Part shown: positions 36,380-50,341 of the stretch, in pieces
Layout: every line of letters starts with the position of its first letter
Numbering within the stretch: the first letter of the stretch is position 1
Source of the DNA: Epithemia pelagica
Taxonomy: Eukaryota; Protista; Bacillariophyta
Assembly: GCA_946965045.2 (NCBI GenBank)
Contig: OX337241.1
Span: 2,976,001 to 3,040,000 of the forward strand
Direction: 5' to 3'
Length of the DNA: 64,000 bases
Translations under genes and position numbers: made by a program
Notes under the pieces: model-generated
The model's input: the letters and a program-made list of their open reading frames with translations, nothing else
Told to the model about the DNA's origin: nothing
Database searches by the model: none

Positions 36380-39300
36380 ATGGATCCTCAATCACCCAAG
36401 ACACCTACGACTCCTAAGGGAGAAGATAACCAAGACAATGTCTCGGACACAGACCTATTCGACCACATCATATTTACTGTCTGCCAATTCTTCACCAAAG
36501 AAAGGGCCGACTACTTAATGAAGTGGATGAAATACCATGGTTTTGAGAACATTACCCATGTTATCTCGTATATGCAAACTAATACCGAGGAATCCATGAA
36601 GGAACTGACACAATACAAGGTCAACAAACAGACACATGATCTACAAGGCCCCACAAGACAGCAGATCAAGCTCTTAGCTTATTGGGCCACATACAACACC
36701 AATGAAATTCAAGACGAGCTATCCAATAGCGACTGGATGAACCTAACGAGGAAAGAGTTCAACACTTGGAGGATCAACACAGATTTCTCTAAGGGACCAC
36801 CTAGTCAAGTCCCAGTCTCGCCAATGAAGTCACCGTCATCTGTGAAATCTGTCAGCACAGTTACTGCCGCATCCCAATCTCAACAAGACCTTACAGCATT
36901 CAGAAAGGGAACTAAGCGCGACGCAACTGCATATGAGGTATTCAAGGATGAACGATACTACGATTCATTCTGGCGTGTATTCAAGACTACAGCTAAGGCT
37001 CAAGGCCTATCCAACGTTCTGAATTTCAAATACACACCACCCCATGATGATGAGTATGCCGAAGAACTTTTCCAAGAGCAACAAGTATTTCTTTACTCTG
37101 TTCTTGTCCGTATCATTCAGACTGACCAAGGTCGAGCCTATGTACGTGAACATGAACATGATGAAGATGCGCGTGCCGTATTGCAGAAGTTACATTCTTT
37201 GCATACCGAATCCGACCTAGCAAAGCGAGAGGTCCTCCGTTTAACCAACTACATTTCCAATCTACGTCTTGACGACACATGGCGCGGAACAACACGTCAA
37301 TTTCTTCTACACTTTCAAGAGCAGCTACGTTTGCTAGACAATCTAGTGACATTGTCTGATCGCATCCCTGATCATACCAGGATGACCTTCCTCATGCAAG
37401 CTGTAGAAAAGGTACCTGATCTCCGCCGAGTCAAGATCTTGGATAATGTGGTGAACACCAAATCCGGTGCAAAATCCCTTTGCTATCAATCATACTTCCG
37501 TCTCCTTCTAGATGCAGCTTATGACCATGATCAAGCAACCCAGTCATCTGTTCATAGTCGCCGTCGACATGTCAAACAACATGAATCACTATATGGCCAA
37601 GATACAGATGCTGACATAACCTCACAAGATGATATGGAGTATCATGTCCATAACACCACAGCGACATCTGAATCTCCATCCTCTTCGTCCAAGGTTAGTC
37701 TACCGCGTGACCTATGGTTCAAACTTTCTGAAGAAGATCGCAAGTTGATCATTGAGTATAACAAGATGATTCAAGCACCTTCATCAACAACACCGAGGAA
37801 AGTGCAAACACATGCCCTCGACATTGATCCGGAACCTGATCCTGACCCCAACCAAGTTGCATCTGATGACGACTCACCTGGCGTTGTCCCTGAGCATCCA
37901 GATGATTCAGATCCGGTTACACAATTTATCAACCAAGCCATGACGACTGATATCAATCACCCGGCAACTGACCTGACTAGTGTTCTTTCTAACGCCAAGT
38001 CCAAGACAAGCAAGAAGGTTACTTTCAAAACCAACATGCATAAACAAGCAGGACATGTTCCACGCTATCTGTTTTCCAGGAAATCTACTTTACCAGGAAA
38101 TCAATTGATTGACCGTGGTGCTAATGGAGGACTTGCTGGTTCTGACATGCGCATCCTTTCTAAGACTGGCCGCCATATCACTATTGTGGGTATTGATAAC
38201 CATGAACTTACTGGACTTCCTGTCGTCACATGTGCCGCAAAGTTTGAGACCAATGACGGACCTATTGTCGGCATCTTCAATGAATATGCTTATTATGGAA
38301 AGGGCTTATCTATCCATGCTCCTGGTCAATTCGAGCATTTCGGACTTGCTGTTGATGAACGATCTGTTAAAGTTGATGGTAAACAACGCATCACTACACT
38401 TGATGGTCGTGCCATACCCCTTCACATCAAGGATGGGTTAGCCTATATCCACTCCTTGGGTATCCCCAGCGACGATGACATGGATACCTTACCTCAGATC
38501 ATCTTCACGTCACCCGACACATGGGATCCTGGTGTTCTGGACCATTCGTATTCTCCCACACCCTCTGACAATGATCCTGATTGGAAACACGTCAAGACTG
38601 ATGGTAGTATGTTGAACGATCCATATGACAACTATGGGGAGTACACTGATCGTGTTGTTTGTAACCTCAATCTCCTTTTGGATCTCCCATACGATCATGG
38701 ACCCGACGACGCACCCTTCTTTTCTATCTATGCTGACGCAGAAGGTAATGATCCTACACTTCATGCCTCTGTCCACCGTCGTTACCAGGAAGCGTATGAC
38801 TGGAAGAAGTTCCGTCCATTCTTTGGTTGGCAATCTGAAGATGTTATTACCGATACGTTCAAGCACACTACACGTAATGGTAGCATTACTTTTGACCACG
38901 ACACCCTCAAGAAACATTTCAAGGCTCGCAATCCGGTCCTTAATATACCTCGACGTCATGAACCCGTTGCTACTGACTCGGTTTTCTCCGACACCCCTGC
39001 TGTTGACCATGGCGGTAAAGTCGCACAAATCTTTGTTGGTCGAGATACTCTGGTTACTGATATCTATGGGATCAAGTCAACCAAACAGTTTGTCAATACT
39101 CTTCAGGATAACATCCGGTTTCGTGGTGCCATGGAGACTCTTATCAGTGATGGTGGTTCATCTCTCATCTCTCAAAAGGTCAAAGACATTCTTCGCACTT
39201 TGCTTATTGGGGAGTATCGATCTGAACCTTATCATCAACACCAGAATAAGGCTGAAAACCGTTACCAGACCGTTAAACGTATGACCAACGCTCTCATGAA

Positions 39301-39765
39301 TGCCACTGGTTGCCCTGCCAACACCTGGCTTCTTTGCCTTGAGTATGTCTGTGACTTATTGAACCATACGTCATCACCCACCCATTCCGGTCGCACTCCT
39401 CTTGAGGCTCTCTCCGGACGCCCACCCGACATTACTCATCTCTTGTTCTTTCCTTTCTGGCATGAGGTTTACTACCGTGTCGACCCCGCTGAACCCAATT
39501 CTGGTTCATATCCATCTTCTTCTGATGAGAAACTTGGCCACTGGGTTGGTTTTGCTCACAACGTTGGTGATTCTTTTACTTGGAAGATTCTCACCCAAGA
39601 TAACCAGATAATCTACCGTTCTGCCGTTCGCCGTGTTGAATCCACTACACCTAACCTACGTGTGGATCGACCTTCAGGGGAGGATTTGTCTGAGAAGGAT
39701 GACAATGATAAGCAAGCTGACACTGTCTTCATTCGCAGTGATAGTGAAGATCCATCCAAACCAAT
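36380..39765 (+). pseudogene. gag-pol: B-outer gag-pol, 5' part (Gag, protease, integrase), split by B-inner
   Basis: Single ORF: protease LIDRGANGGLAG; integrase ATDSVFSD, LISDGG and HQNKAENR. Rejoins in frame at 48040 (total about 1895 aa). Confidence 0.95.
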
Positions 39766-40548
39766 TGTTACAATTCTTTCTGAATCGTAGGGACATTGAT
39801 GCTCGGTAGAGCAGACAATCAGGTAGGTCACCAACCGATACAAGCTTCTCAGGGTCAGAGAAGCAGGCAAGTCGAAGTCTATCAGAAGGATAGTCGGGAC
39901 ACAAAAGAGGATGTGATAAATGGTGATATTGTTAGATTGTGTGTTGATTACTACGATAGGTCTACGTGAAATGTTCGGTCCTGCCAAGGTTCATGTGTCA
40001 TAGGTTCTTGGCGGCAACAGGTTTGGAATAGTTGGAGTTGATTCATGTGATGTATATGACATGTATATGTGGGCGGATAACATATACAGGGTCAACAGCT
40101 CTTGCTTTGGGTTGGCATAGTTGTTTTCATGGCGCGCAGCTTGTTGACACTTTGGAGATTGTGGGAATGGAAATATGGTCTCGCGTGATCGTGTGTCGTG
40201 CTTGGGATACTTAGACCGTTGGATCGGATAGATGCCGATAGCGCTCGGATGTCGCTTGGGCGCGCTCGATGATTTCGGGCGCGTACGCTTAGGGCGTTAG
40301 TATAATGTCCGAGCAACGGCCAAATTTATGTCCGTTGTAATACCGCACGACCCAGTTTAGTCTTGAGAGTGAGTTCGTCAATCCATTCTCACTTTTCATG
40401 ATTTGCGAAGAAATATAGGTCGATATAGCGCGAAGCTAGGAAACATAGCTCGAAGCTAGAGGGCATGATGCGATAGCACGAGGCTATGTGACATGGGGAA
40501 TCGATGAGATGTAGAATCTAACCACCATAGACGGTGAGAATTCTAACA
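39766..40548 (-). repeat. B-inner 3' LTR
   Basis: Reverse complement of the B LTR; PPT GAGTTGTGGGGAG at 40549-40561. Confidence 0.97.
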
Positions 40549-43500
40549 CTCCCCACAACTCGTCGTTTCAGCCTTGTCATCATTGGATTTGTTGAGATCT
40601 TGAACTTCTCCTTTCCAAAACAACAATGGCTTGAGCATGGGCCAAATAGATACGAAATCCCAATGTTTGCTAAGGATATCGGCAGGGTTGGTCTTTCCAT
40701 CTTTCCAGTAGAATGCAACATACTTTGCTGCGATGGCTTCACGAACTCGGTGGTATGACAGAAGATGGTGTCTCTTGGATAGTATGGAGTGAGGAACGGT
40801 TGCATTGAGCACAACAGATCTGTTATCTCCGTACAAGTAACTTCGCTCTCGGATAGGTACTCCAAGGTAGCGGAGAGAATGTCGTAATTCTGTAATCTGA
40901 TCTATTGCTGTCCGTGCAGCCACAAACTCGGATCCATAGGTAGCAGTTTCCACCGTGCTCTGTCTCTTGCTGTACCAGTCAATAGGTGTTCCGTTCAACA
41001 AATGTAGAACACCAGTGACGGATTTACCAGTGACTATGTCATGCATGAGATTGGCATCAACATAATGAGTTGTGGTAACATAGCGGCCAAGAGGTGTTGG
41101 GCAGTCTTCAGGAATACGTTCACTTGCATTCGAATAGACAGTGCGAGTCCAATCAAATTCTTGGGTAGGAAGACTTGAATAATCAGGCTCTCCAATCCTA
41201 AATCTGATTGCGCCTTCTGGGAGATGTGCAAGGTATCCATAGATACGCTTGGCTCTATCAAGATGTCCTTTCCTCGGAGCAGCACGAAAGCGTGATAGCG
41301 TCATTGTAGCGGTGAAGACGTCGAAACGACCAATAGTGATCACCCATTGGAGTTGTCCAATCAGAGTTTGGAAATGGCTAGTACCTTCTTCATCAAGGAG
41401 CTCAGAATCATCCAATTCAGGATGGTCTCCACCAATAAGAGGTGTTTTGGCTTTCTTGGGTTTCTCCTTGAAGATTCGTTCGAAAGTGTCCATCATCTTA
41501 CCAATGTAGCGTCTTGGATCTGCTACGAATGTTCCATCAGAATCCTTGGTGTAACAACATCCCAAATGGAAATCAATAGGTCCATCTCCTTTGAGTTTGA
41601 AGTTGTATTTCTCCTTCAGGATCTTGCAGATATTCCCAGGATCAGTAGAAATAATGGCTAAGTCATCAACGTATACGGCAATGTATTCGTAACAGTCTTC
41701 TCCAGGTGCTTTCCTCATCCAGATATCCGGATCTGCTTTGCTTGGTGAAAATCCCATGTCTGTCAAAACATCGAATAAGACATCATGCCAGCGTGCGCCT
41801 GATGACTTCAATCCATAAAGTGCCTTGTATATAATCAGGATGTGACCTTCTAATTCCTTGAATTCAGGTCCTGCGACAATGAAAATTTTCTCCCCTGTCA
41901 AGGCTTCCAGATATGCATTTCCAATATCTGCTCCCCATATTTCCAAGTCATTCAAAGTACCCAGGAATAAGGCAATGCGGAGGTTGCGAATGGAGACAAC
42001 ACCTGAATAGATTGTCTCAACAGGTTCTTTTGTGAGATGTCCATCTGCGACAAGTCTTGCTTTATGTCGTCCATCATGTTTTACGTCAAAGACAAGATGC
42101 ACACGTATCTTATGATATCCTTCAGGTGCATTGGATACTTTCCCTTTAATGAAGATGGCTTTCCCAAAATCCTTGAATGTCTTGTAGGACTGGATCTGTG
42201 ACAATTCTAATTCTGTTGCATCCTGCCACTTTGTGTTGCCATGTTGTTTATCAAGAGCAACAGCTTCCTCATAATTGCGTGGTACTTGAAATCCAAACTT
42301 ATACTTGACGGAATGGTGAACTTGTTTAATCCTTGACTGTTTGGCTGCTCGAATGAGACGTTTGCTTGTTTTGACATAACGTTTCAAATGCTTCCATCCA
42401 GGTTCGTTGAGTAAACCATGTTTCTTTCCATAAATTGCTACAGTGATCGGATCATCATTGGCGATGAGTGATAAAGGTTCATAGGTAGTCTCCCCAGTTT
42501 CCCAATCAACAAGCAAATTATATTTGCTCCCCTTGTAATCTGGATCAGTTGTGTTCAGTGGGCCTTGATGGGCAATGACATCCCTGAACCTGAAAAGATT
42601 ATCTCCAGAGGTTTGAGCTTGGTTATCTCGTTCGATATACTCCATGAGTTGATTATAGGATATCATCTCATCAACATCAGAATTTGTCTTTCGGTAAATG
42701 TACTTGACACGTTCTTCCTGTTTCGTTGCTTCTTCATTAAGATCAATGACTCGTTTGATGACACGTGCACGGTGTCGCTCCCCATTTTCTTCTGTGTCGC
42801 ATAGGAATGTGCGTCCTATCATGTCGTCAAAATCGATCGTGGGCATTGGTTTGGATGGATCTTCACTATCACTGCGAATGAAGACAGTGTCAGCTTGCTT
42901 ATCATTGTCATCCTTCTCAGACGAATCCTCCCCTGAAGGTCGATCCACACGTAGGTTAGGTGTAGTGGATTCAACACGGCGAACGGCAGAACGATAGATT
43001 ATCTGGTTATCCTGGGTGAGAATTTTCCAAGTAAAAGAATCACCAACATTGTGAGCAAAACCAACCCAGTGGCCAAGTTTCTCATCAGAAGAAGATGGAT
43101 ATGAACCGGAATTGGGTTCAGCGGGGTCGACACGGTAGTAAACCTCATCCCAGAAAGGAAAGAACAAGAGATGAGTAATGTCGGGTGGGCGACCGGAGAG
43201 AGCCTCAAGAGGAGTGCGACCGGAGTGGGTGGGTGATGACGTATGTTTCAATAAGTCACAGACATAGGTTCAGATCGATACTCCCCAATAAGCAAAGTGC
43301 GAAGAATGTCTTTGACCTTTTGAGAGATGAGAGATGAACCACCATCACTGATAAGGGTCTCCATGGCACCACGAAACCGGATGTTATCCTGGAGAGTATT
43401 GACAAACTGTTTGGTCGACTTGATCCCATAGATATCAGTAACCAGAGTATCTCGACCAACAAAGATTTGTGCGACTTTACCGCCATGGTCAACAGCAGGG

Positions 43501-46115
43501 GTGTCGGAGAAAACCGAGTCAGTAGCAACGGGTTCATGACGTCGAGGTATATTAAGGACCGGATTGCGAGCCTTGAAATGTTTCTTGAGGGTGTCGTGGT
43601 CAAAAGTGATGCTACCATTACGTGTAGTGTGCTTGAACGTATCGGCAATAACATCTTCAGATTGCCAACCAAAGAATGGACGGAACTTCTTCCAGTCATA
43701 CGCTTCCTGGTAACGACGGTGGACAGAGGCATGAAGTGTAGGATCATTACCTTCTGCGTCAGCATAGATAGAAAAGAAGGGTGCGTCGTCAGGTCCATGA
43801 TCATATGGGAGATCCAAAAGGAGATTGAGGTTACAAACAACACGATCAGTGTACTCCCCATAGTTGTCATATGGATGGTTCGACATACTACCATCAGTCT
43901 TGACGTGTTTCCAATCAGGATCATTGTCAGAGGGTGTGGGAGAATACGAATGGTCCAGAACACCAGGATCCCATGTGTCGGGTGACGTGAAGATGATCTG
44001 AGGTAAGGTATCCATGTCATCGTCGCTGGGGATACCCAAGGAGTGGATGTAGGCTAACCCATCCTTGATGTGAAGGGGTATGGCACGACCATCAAGTGTA
44101 GTGATGCGTTGTTTACCATCAACTTTAACAGATCGTTCATCAACAGCAAGTCCGAAATGCTCGAATTGACCAGGAGCATGGATAGATAAGCCCTTCCCAT
44201 AATAAGCATATTCATTGAAGATGCCGACAATAGGTCCATCATTGGTCTCAAACTTTGCGGCACATGTGACGACAGGAAGCCCAGTAAGTTCATGGTTATC
44301 AATACCCACAATAGTGATATGACGGCCAGTCTTAGAAAGGATGCGCATGTCAGAACCAGCAAGTCCTCCATTAGCACCACGGTCAATCAATTGATTCCCT
44401 GGTAAAGTAGATTTCCTGGAAAACAGATAGCGTGGGACATGCCCTGCTTGTTTATGCATGTTGGCTTTGAAAGTAACCTTCTTGCTTGTCTTGGACTTGG
44501 CGTTAGAAAGAACACTAGTCAGGTCAGTTGCCGGGTGATTGATATCAGTCGTCATGGCTTGGTTGATAAATTGTGTAACCGGATCTGAATCATCTGAATG
44601 CTCAGGGACTACGCCAGGTGAGTCGTCATCAGATGCAACTTGGTTGGGGTCAGGATCAGGTTCCGGATCAATGTCGAGGGCATGTGTTTGCACTGTCCTC
44701 GGTGTTGTTGATGAAGGTGCTTGAATCATCTTGTTATACTCAATGATCAACTTGCGATCTTCTTCAGAAAGTTTGAACCATAGGTCACGCGGTAGACTAA
44801 CCTTGGACGAAGAGGATGGAGATTCAGATGTCGCTTTGGTGTTGTGGACATGATACTCCATATCATCTTGTGAGGTTATGTCAGCATCTGTATCTTGGCC
44901 ATATAGTGATTCATGTTGTTTGACATGTCGACGGCGACTATGAACAGATGACTGGGTTGCTTGATCATGGTCATAAGCTGCGTCTAGAAGGAGACGGAAG
45001 TATGATTGATAGCAAAGGGATTTTGCACCGGATTTGGTGTTCACCACATTATCCAAGATCTTGACTCGGCGGAGATCAGGTACCTTTTCTACAGCTTGCA
45101 TGAGGAAGGTCATCCTGGTATGATCAGGGATGCGATCAGACAATGTCACTAAATTGTCTAGCAAACGTAGCTGCTCTTGAAAGTGTAGAAGAAATTGACG
45201 TGTTGTTCCGCGCCATGTGTCGTCAAGACGTAGATTGGAAATGTAGTTGGTTAAGCGGAGGACTTCTCGCTTTGCTAGGTCGGATTCGGTATGCAAAGAG
45301 TGTAACTTCTGCAATACGGCACGCGCATCTTCATCATGTTCATGTTCACGTACATAGGCTCGACCTTGGTCAGTCTGAATGATACGGACAAGAACGGAGT
45401 AAAGAAATACTTGTTGCTCTTGAAAAAGTTCTTCGGCATACTCATCATCATGGGGTGGTGTGTATTTGAAATTCAGGACGTTGGATAGGCCTTGAGCCTT
45501 AGCTGTAGTTTTGAATACACGCCAGAATGAATCGTAGTATCGTTCATCCTTGAATACCTCGTATGCAGTTGCGTCGCGCTTAGTTCCCTTTCTGAATGCT
45601 GTAAGGTCTTGTTGAGATTGGGATGCGGCAGTAACTGTGCTGACAGATTTCACAGATGACGGTGACTTCATTGGCGAGACTGGGACTTGACTAGGTGGTC
45701 CCTTAGAGAAATCTGTGTTGATCCTCCAAGTGTTGAACTCTTTCCTCGTTAGGTTCATCCAGTCGCTATTGGATAGCTCGTCTTGAATTTCATTGGTCTT
45801 GTATGTGGCCCAATAAGCCAAGAGCTTGATCTGCTGTCTTGTGGGGCCTTGTAGATCATGTGTCTGTTTGTTGACCTTGTATTGTGTCAGTTCCTTCATG
45901 GATTCCTCGGTATTAGTTTGCATATACGAGATAACATGGGTAATGTTCTCAAAACCATGGTATTTCATCCACTTCATTAAGTAGTCGGCCCTTTCTTTGG
46001 TGAAGAATTGGCAGACAGTAAATATGATGTGGTCGAATAGGTCTGTGTCCGAGACATTGTCTTGGTTATCTTCTCCCTTAGGAGTCGTAGGTGTCTTGGG
46101 TGATTGAGGATCCAT
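40543..46115 (-). pseudogene. gag-pol: B-inner gag-pol with a 115-bp frameshifting deletion in integrase
   Basis: ORFs 43248-46115 and 40543-43251. Relative to B-outer, 39229-39343 is missing at junction 43266/43267, removing HQNKAENR. RT YVDD and RNase H motifs are intact. Confidence 0.95.
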
Positions 46116-46435
46116 GGTGTTATTTGGTTGGTTCGATGTTTATTTAATGTGCGGTGTGATGTGGTTTATTTAATGTGTGATGTGATGTGAACCCGGATGT
46201 ACCACGTGTGCCACGTATGTACCACGTATGTGATACCCGGATGTGTGTTGTGATGTGCGACTCCTGGAAATTTCCGTTGATTTCGACAAATTTTCGCCGA
46301 GTTTCAACAAATTTTCGCCGAATTTTCGCGATTTGACGGGAATGTGTGGCGTGTTGTGCGACCAAGGGTACCCGGATGTGCGTTGAGTTTAAGTCTTGGA
46401 AAGGTTTTGAGAGGACGGGAGTTAACTATGAGTAA

Positions 46436-47215
46436 TTAAGCTTCGGTCTCTGAATCCTCACCCTCTTCCGAATGATCAGAGTCGCTTCCAGGCTCAGATG
46501 GGGCAGCACAAGCAACAGAAGAAGGGGAATCACCTTCAGCCAGGTGGTTCTCGACCTCGGCACGCAAAGGGTAGATAGTTGCACGATGGTCCTCGATGGT
46601 ATGGACCTCGTGGATGTAGGCAACGTAGTTATCTAGGCGTACAACGTTAGGAGGCAGAGGGCAAGTCGTCGCGTTCACGACGTGGATGGTATTGTAGTAT
46701 CCAGTTGGGCGCTCGAAGGTTAGGAAGCGAAGGTGGACAGTACGGATGGGGTTGCCCGAGAGGGCGGCAAAGATGAGGCGACGCCTCGGAGAACGATGAA
46801 GTTGGTCGTTCAGACGGTCAATGTCTTCTTGGTCGACGATGTGGGTCACCGATTGGAACTGGCGTTCGATCTGGGTCTCCCCACGGATGATCTCGGGATC
46901 GAAGGTCGAACAAGTTGGTTGGCGGAAGTACTTGATATGATCAGCAATCAACCGGGTGGTACGACGGGATCGAGAAGGGACGAGCCGACGAGGCAGACTC
47001 GGGGGCCGAAGCAACGGCGCAGGGATTGGAGCGTGAGGCTGGGTTGGAGTCTCGAATGGGTTGCTGTTGGAACTGTCGACGGAGATGTTGACCGATGTGT
47101 TGGCTGCCTTCGGCGTCGGCACCAGTTCCTGCTGCACCAGGGTATCGGGCTGCCCGGGATGCAGGTTGGCTCGATAGATCTGTCGTACAGGAGTGATAAT
47201 CTCGTTAGTATCCAT
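46436..47215 (-). CDS. Family B extra ORF upstream of gag, B-inner copy (259 aa)
   Basis: 3 amino-acid differences from 35280-36059. Confidence 0.7.
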   Translation of the reverse strand: MDTNEIITPVRQIYRANLHPGQPDTLVQQELVPTPKAANTSVNISVDSSNSNPFETPTQPHAPIPAPLLRPPSLPRRLVPSRSRRTTRLIADHIKYFRQPTCSTFDPEIIRGETQIERQFQSVTHIVDQEDIDRLNDQLHRSPRRRLIFAALSGNPIRTVHLRFLTFERPTGYYNTIHVVNATTCPLPPNVVRLDNYVAYIHEVHTIEDHRATIYPLRAEVENHLAEGDSPSSVACAAPSEPGSDSDHSEEGEDSETEA

Positions 47216-47251
47216 GAAACCACAAGGAAATAAGCTTTGAGACTGTTAATC

Positions 47252-48034
47252 TGTTACAATTCTTTCTGAATCGTAGGGACATTGATGCTCGGTAGAGCAG
47301 ACAATCAGGTAGGTCACCAACCGATACAAGCTTCTCAGGGTCAGAGAAGCAGGCAAGTCGAAGTCTATCAGAAGGATAGTCGGGACACAAAAGAGGATGT
47401 GATAAATGGTGATATTGTTAGATTGTGTGTTGATTACTACGATAGGTCTACGTGAAATGTTCGGTCCTGCCAAGGTTCATGTGTCATAGGTTCTTGGCGG
47501 CAACAGGTTTGGAATAGTTGGAGTTGATTCATGTGATGTATATGACATGTATATGTGGGCGGATAACATATACAGGGTCAACAGCTCTTGCTTTGGGTTG
47601 GCATAGTTGTTTTCATGGCGCGCAGCTTGTTGACAATTTGGAGATTGTGGGAATGGAAATATGGTCTCGCGTGATCGTGTGTCGTGCTTGGGATACTTAG
47701 ACCGTTGGATCGGATAGATGCCGATAGCGCTCGGATGTCGCTTGGGCGCGCTCGATGATTTCGGGCGCGTACGCTTAGGGCGTTAGTATAATGTCCGAGC
47801 AACGGCCAAATTTATGTCCGTTGTAATACCGCACGACCCAGTTTAGTCTTGAGAGTGAGTTCGTCAATCCATTCTCACTTTTCATGATTTGCGAAGAAAT
47901 ATAGGTCGATATAGCGCGAAGCTAGGAAACATAGCTCGAAGCTAGAGGGCATGATGCGATAGCACGAGGCTATGTGACATGGGGAATCGATGAGATGTAG
48001 AATCTAACCACCATAGACGGTGAGAATTCTAACA
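47252..48034 (-). repeat. B-inner 5' LTR
   Basis: Adjacent PBS at 47238-47251. Confidence 0.97.
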
Positions 48035-48039
48035 CCAAT

Positions 48040-50341
48040 GCCCACGATCGATTTTGACGACATGATAGGACGCACATTCCTATGCGACACAGAAGAAAAT
48101 GGGGAGCGACATCGTGCACGTGTCATCAAACGAGTCATTGATCTTAATGAAGAAGCAACGAAACAGGAAGAACGTGTCAAATACATCTACCGAAAGACAA
48201 ATTCTGATGTTGATGAGATGATATCCTATAATCAACTCATGGAGTATATCGAACGAGATAACCAAGCTCAAACCTCTGGAGATAATCTTTTCAGGTTCAG
48301 GGATGTCATTGCCCATCAAGGCCCACTGAACACAACTGATCCAGATTACAAGGGGAGCAAATATAATTTGCTTGTTGATTGGGAAACTGGGGAGACTATC
48401 TATGAACCTTTATCACTCATCGCCAATGATGATCCGATCACTGTAGCAATTTATGGAAAGAAACATGGTTTACTCAACGAACCTGGATGGAAGCATTTGA
48501 AACGTTATGTCAAAACAAGCAAACGTCTCATTCGAGCAGCCAAACAGTCAAGGATTAAACAAGTTCATCATTCCGTCAAGTATAAGTTTGGATTCCAAGT
48601 ACCACGCAATTATGAGGAAGCTGTCGCTCTTGATAAACAACATGGCAACACAAAGTGGCAGGATGCAACAGAATTAGAATTGTCACAGATCCAGTCCTAC
48701 AAGACATTCAAGGATTTTGGGAAAGCCATCTTCATTAAAGGGAAAGTATCCAATGCACCTGAAGGATATCATAAGATACGTGTACATCTTGTCTTTGACG
48801 TAAAACATGATGGACGACATAAAGCAAGACTTGTCGCAGATGGACATCTCACGAAAGAACCTGTTGAGACAATCTATTCAGGTGTTGTTTCCATTCGCAA
48901 CCTCCGCATTGCCTTATTCCTGGGTACTTTGAATGACTTGGAAATATGGGGAGCAGATATTGGAAATGCATATCTGGAAGCCTTGACAGGGGAGGAAATT
49001 TTCATTGTCGCAGGACCTGAATTCAAGGAATTAGAAGGTCACATCCTGATTATATACAAGGCACTTTATGGATTGAAGTCATCAGGCGCACGCTGGCATG
49101 ATGTCTTATTCGATGTTTTGACAGACATGGGATTTTCACCAAGCAAAGCAGATCCGGATATCTGGATGAGGAAAGCACCTGGAGAAGACTGTTACGAATA
49201 CATTGCCGTATACGTTGATGACTTAGCCATTATTTCTACTGATCCTGGGAATATCTGCAAGATCCTGAAGGAGAAATACAACTTCAAACTCAAAGGAGAT
49301 GGACCTATTGATTTCCATTTGGGATGTTGTTACACCAAGGATTCTGATGGAACATTAGTAGCAGATCCAAGACGCTACATTGGTAAGATGATGGACACTT
49401 TCGAACGAATCTTCAAGGAGAAACCCAAGAAAGCCAAAACACCTCTTATTGGTGGAGACCATCCTGAATTGGATGATTCTGAGCTCCTTGATGAAGAAGG
49501 TACTAGCCATTTCCAAACTCTCATTGGACAACTCCAATGGGTGATCACTATTGGTCGTTTCGACGTCTTCACCGCTACAATGACGCTATCACGCTTTCGC
49601 GCTGCTCCAAGGAAAGGACATCTTGATAGAGCCAAGCATATCTATGGATACCTTGCACATCTCCCAGAAGGCGCAATCAGATTTAGGATTGGAGAGCCTG
49701 ATTATTCAAGTCTTCCTACCCAAGAATTTGATTGGACTCGCACTGTCTATTCGAATGCAAGTGAACGTATTCCTGAAGACTGCCCAACACCTCTTGGCCG
49801 CTATGTTACCACAACTCATTATGTTGATGCCAATCTCATGCATGACATAGTCACTGGTAAATCCGTCACTGCTGTTCTACATTTGTTGAACGGAACACCT
49901 ATTGACTGGTACAGCAAGAGACAGAGCACGGTGGAAACTGCTACCTATGGATCCGAGTTTGTGGCTGCAAGGACAGCAATAGATCAGATTACAGAATTAC
50001 GACATTCTCTCCGCTATCTTGGAGTACCTATCCGAGAGCGAAGTTACATGTACGGAGATAACAGATCCGTTGTGCTCAATGCAACCGTTCCTCATTCCAT
50101 ACTATCCAAGAGACACCATCTTCTGTCATACCACCGAGTTCGTGAAGCCATCGCAGCAAAGTATGTTGCATTCTACTGGAAAGATGGAAAGACCAACCCT
50201 GCCGATATCCTTAGCAAACATTGGGATTTCGTATCTATTTGGCCCATGCTCAAGCCATTGCTGTTTTGGAAAGGAGAAGTTCAAGATCTCAACAAATCCA
50301 ATGATGACAAGGCTGAAACGACGAGTTGTGGGGAGTGTTAG
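48040..50341 (+). pseudogene. pol: B-outer pol, 3' part (RT, RNase H)
   Basis: KALYGLKSSG, YVDDL, VDANLMHD, YGSEF and NPADILSK motifs. The stop TAG lies inside the 3' LTR (TGT TAG); PPT at 50323-50335. Confidence 0.95.

Larger units (their letters stand above)
39766..48034 (-). mobile_element. Element B-inner: same-family copy inserted antisense into B-outer (8269 bp)
   Basis: LTRs at 39766-40548 (3') and 47252-48034 (5') with 1 mismatch; TSD CCAAT at 39761-39765 and 48035-48039. Confidence 0.97.

Noticed and set aside
39229-39343. The 115-bp segment missing in B-inner as a spliced intron
   Set aside because: No GT-AG boundaries on either strand in either possible alignment.
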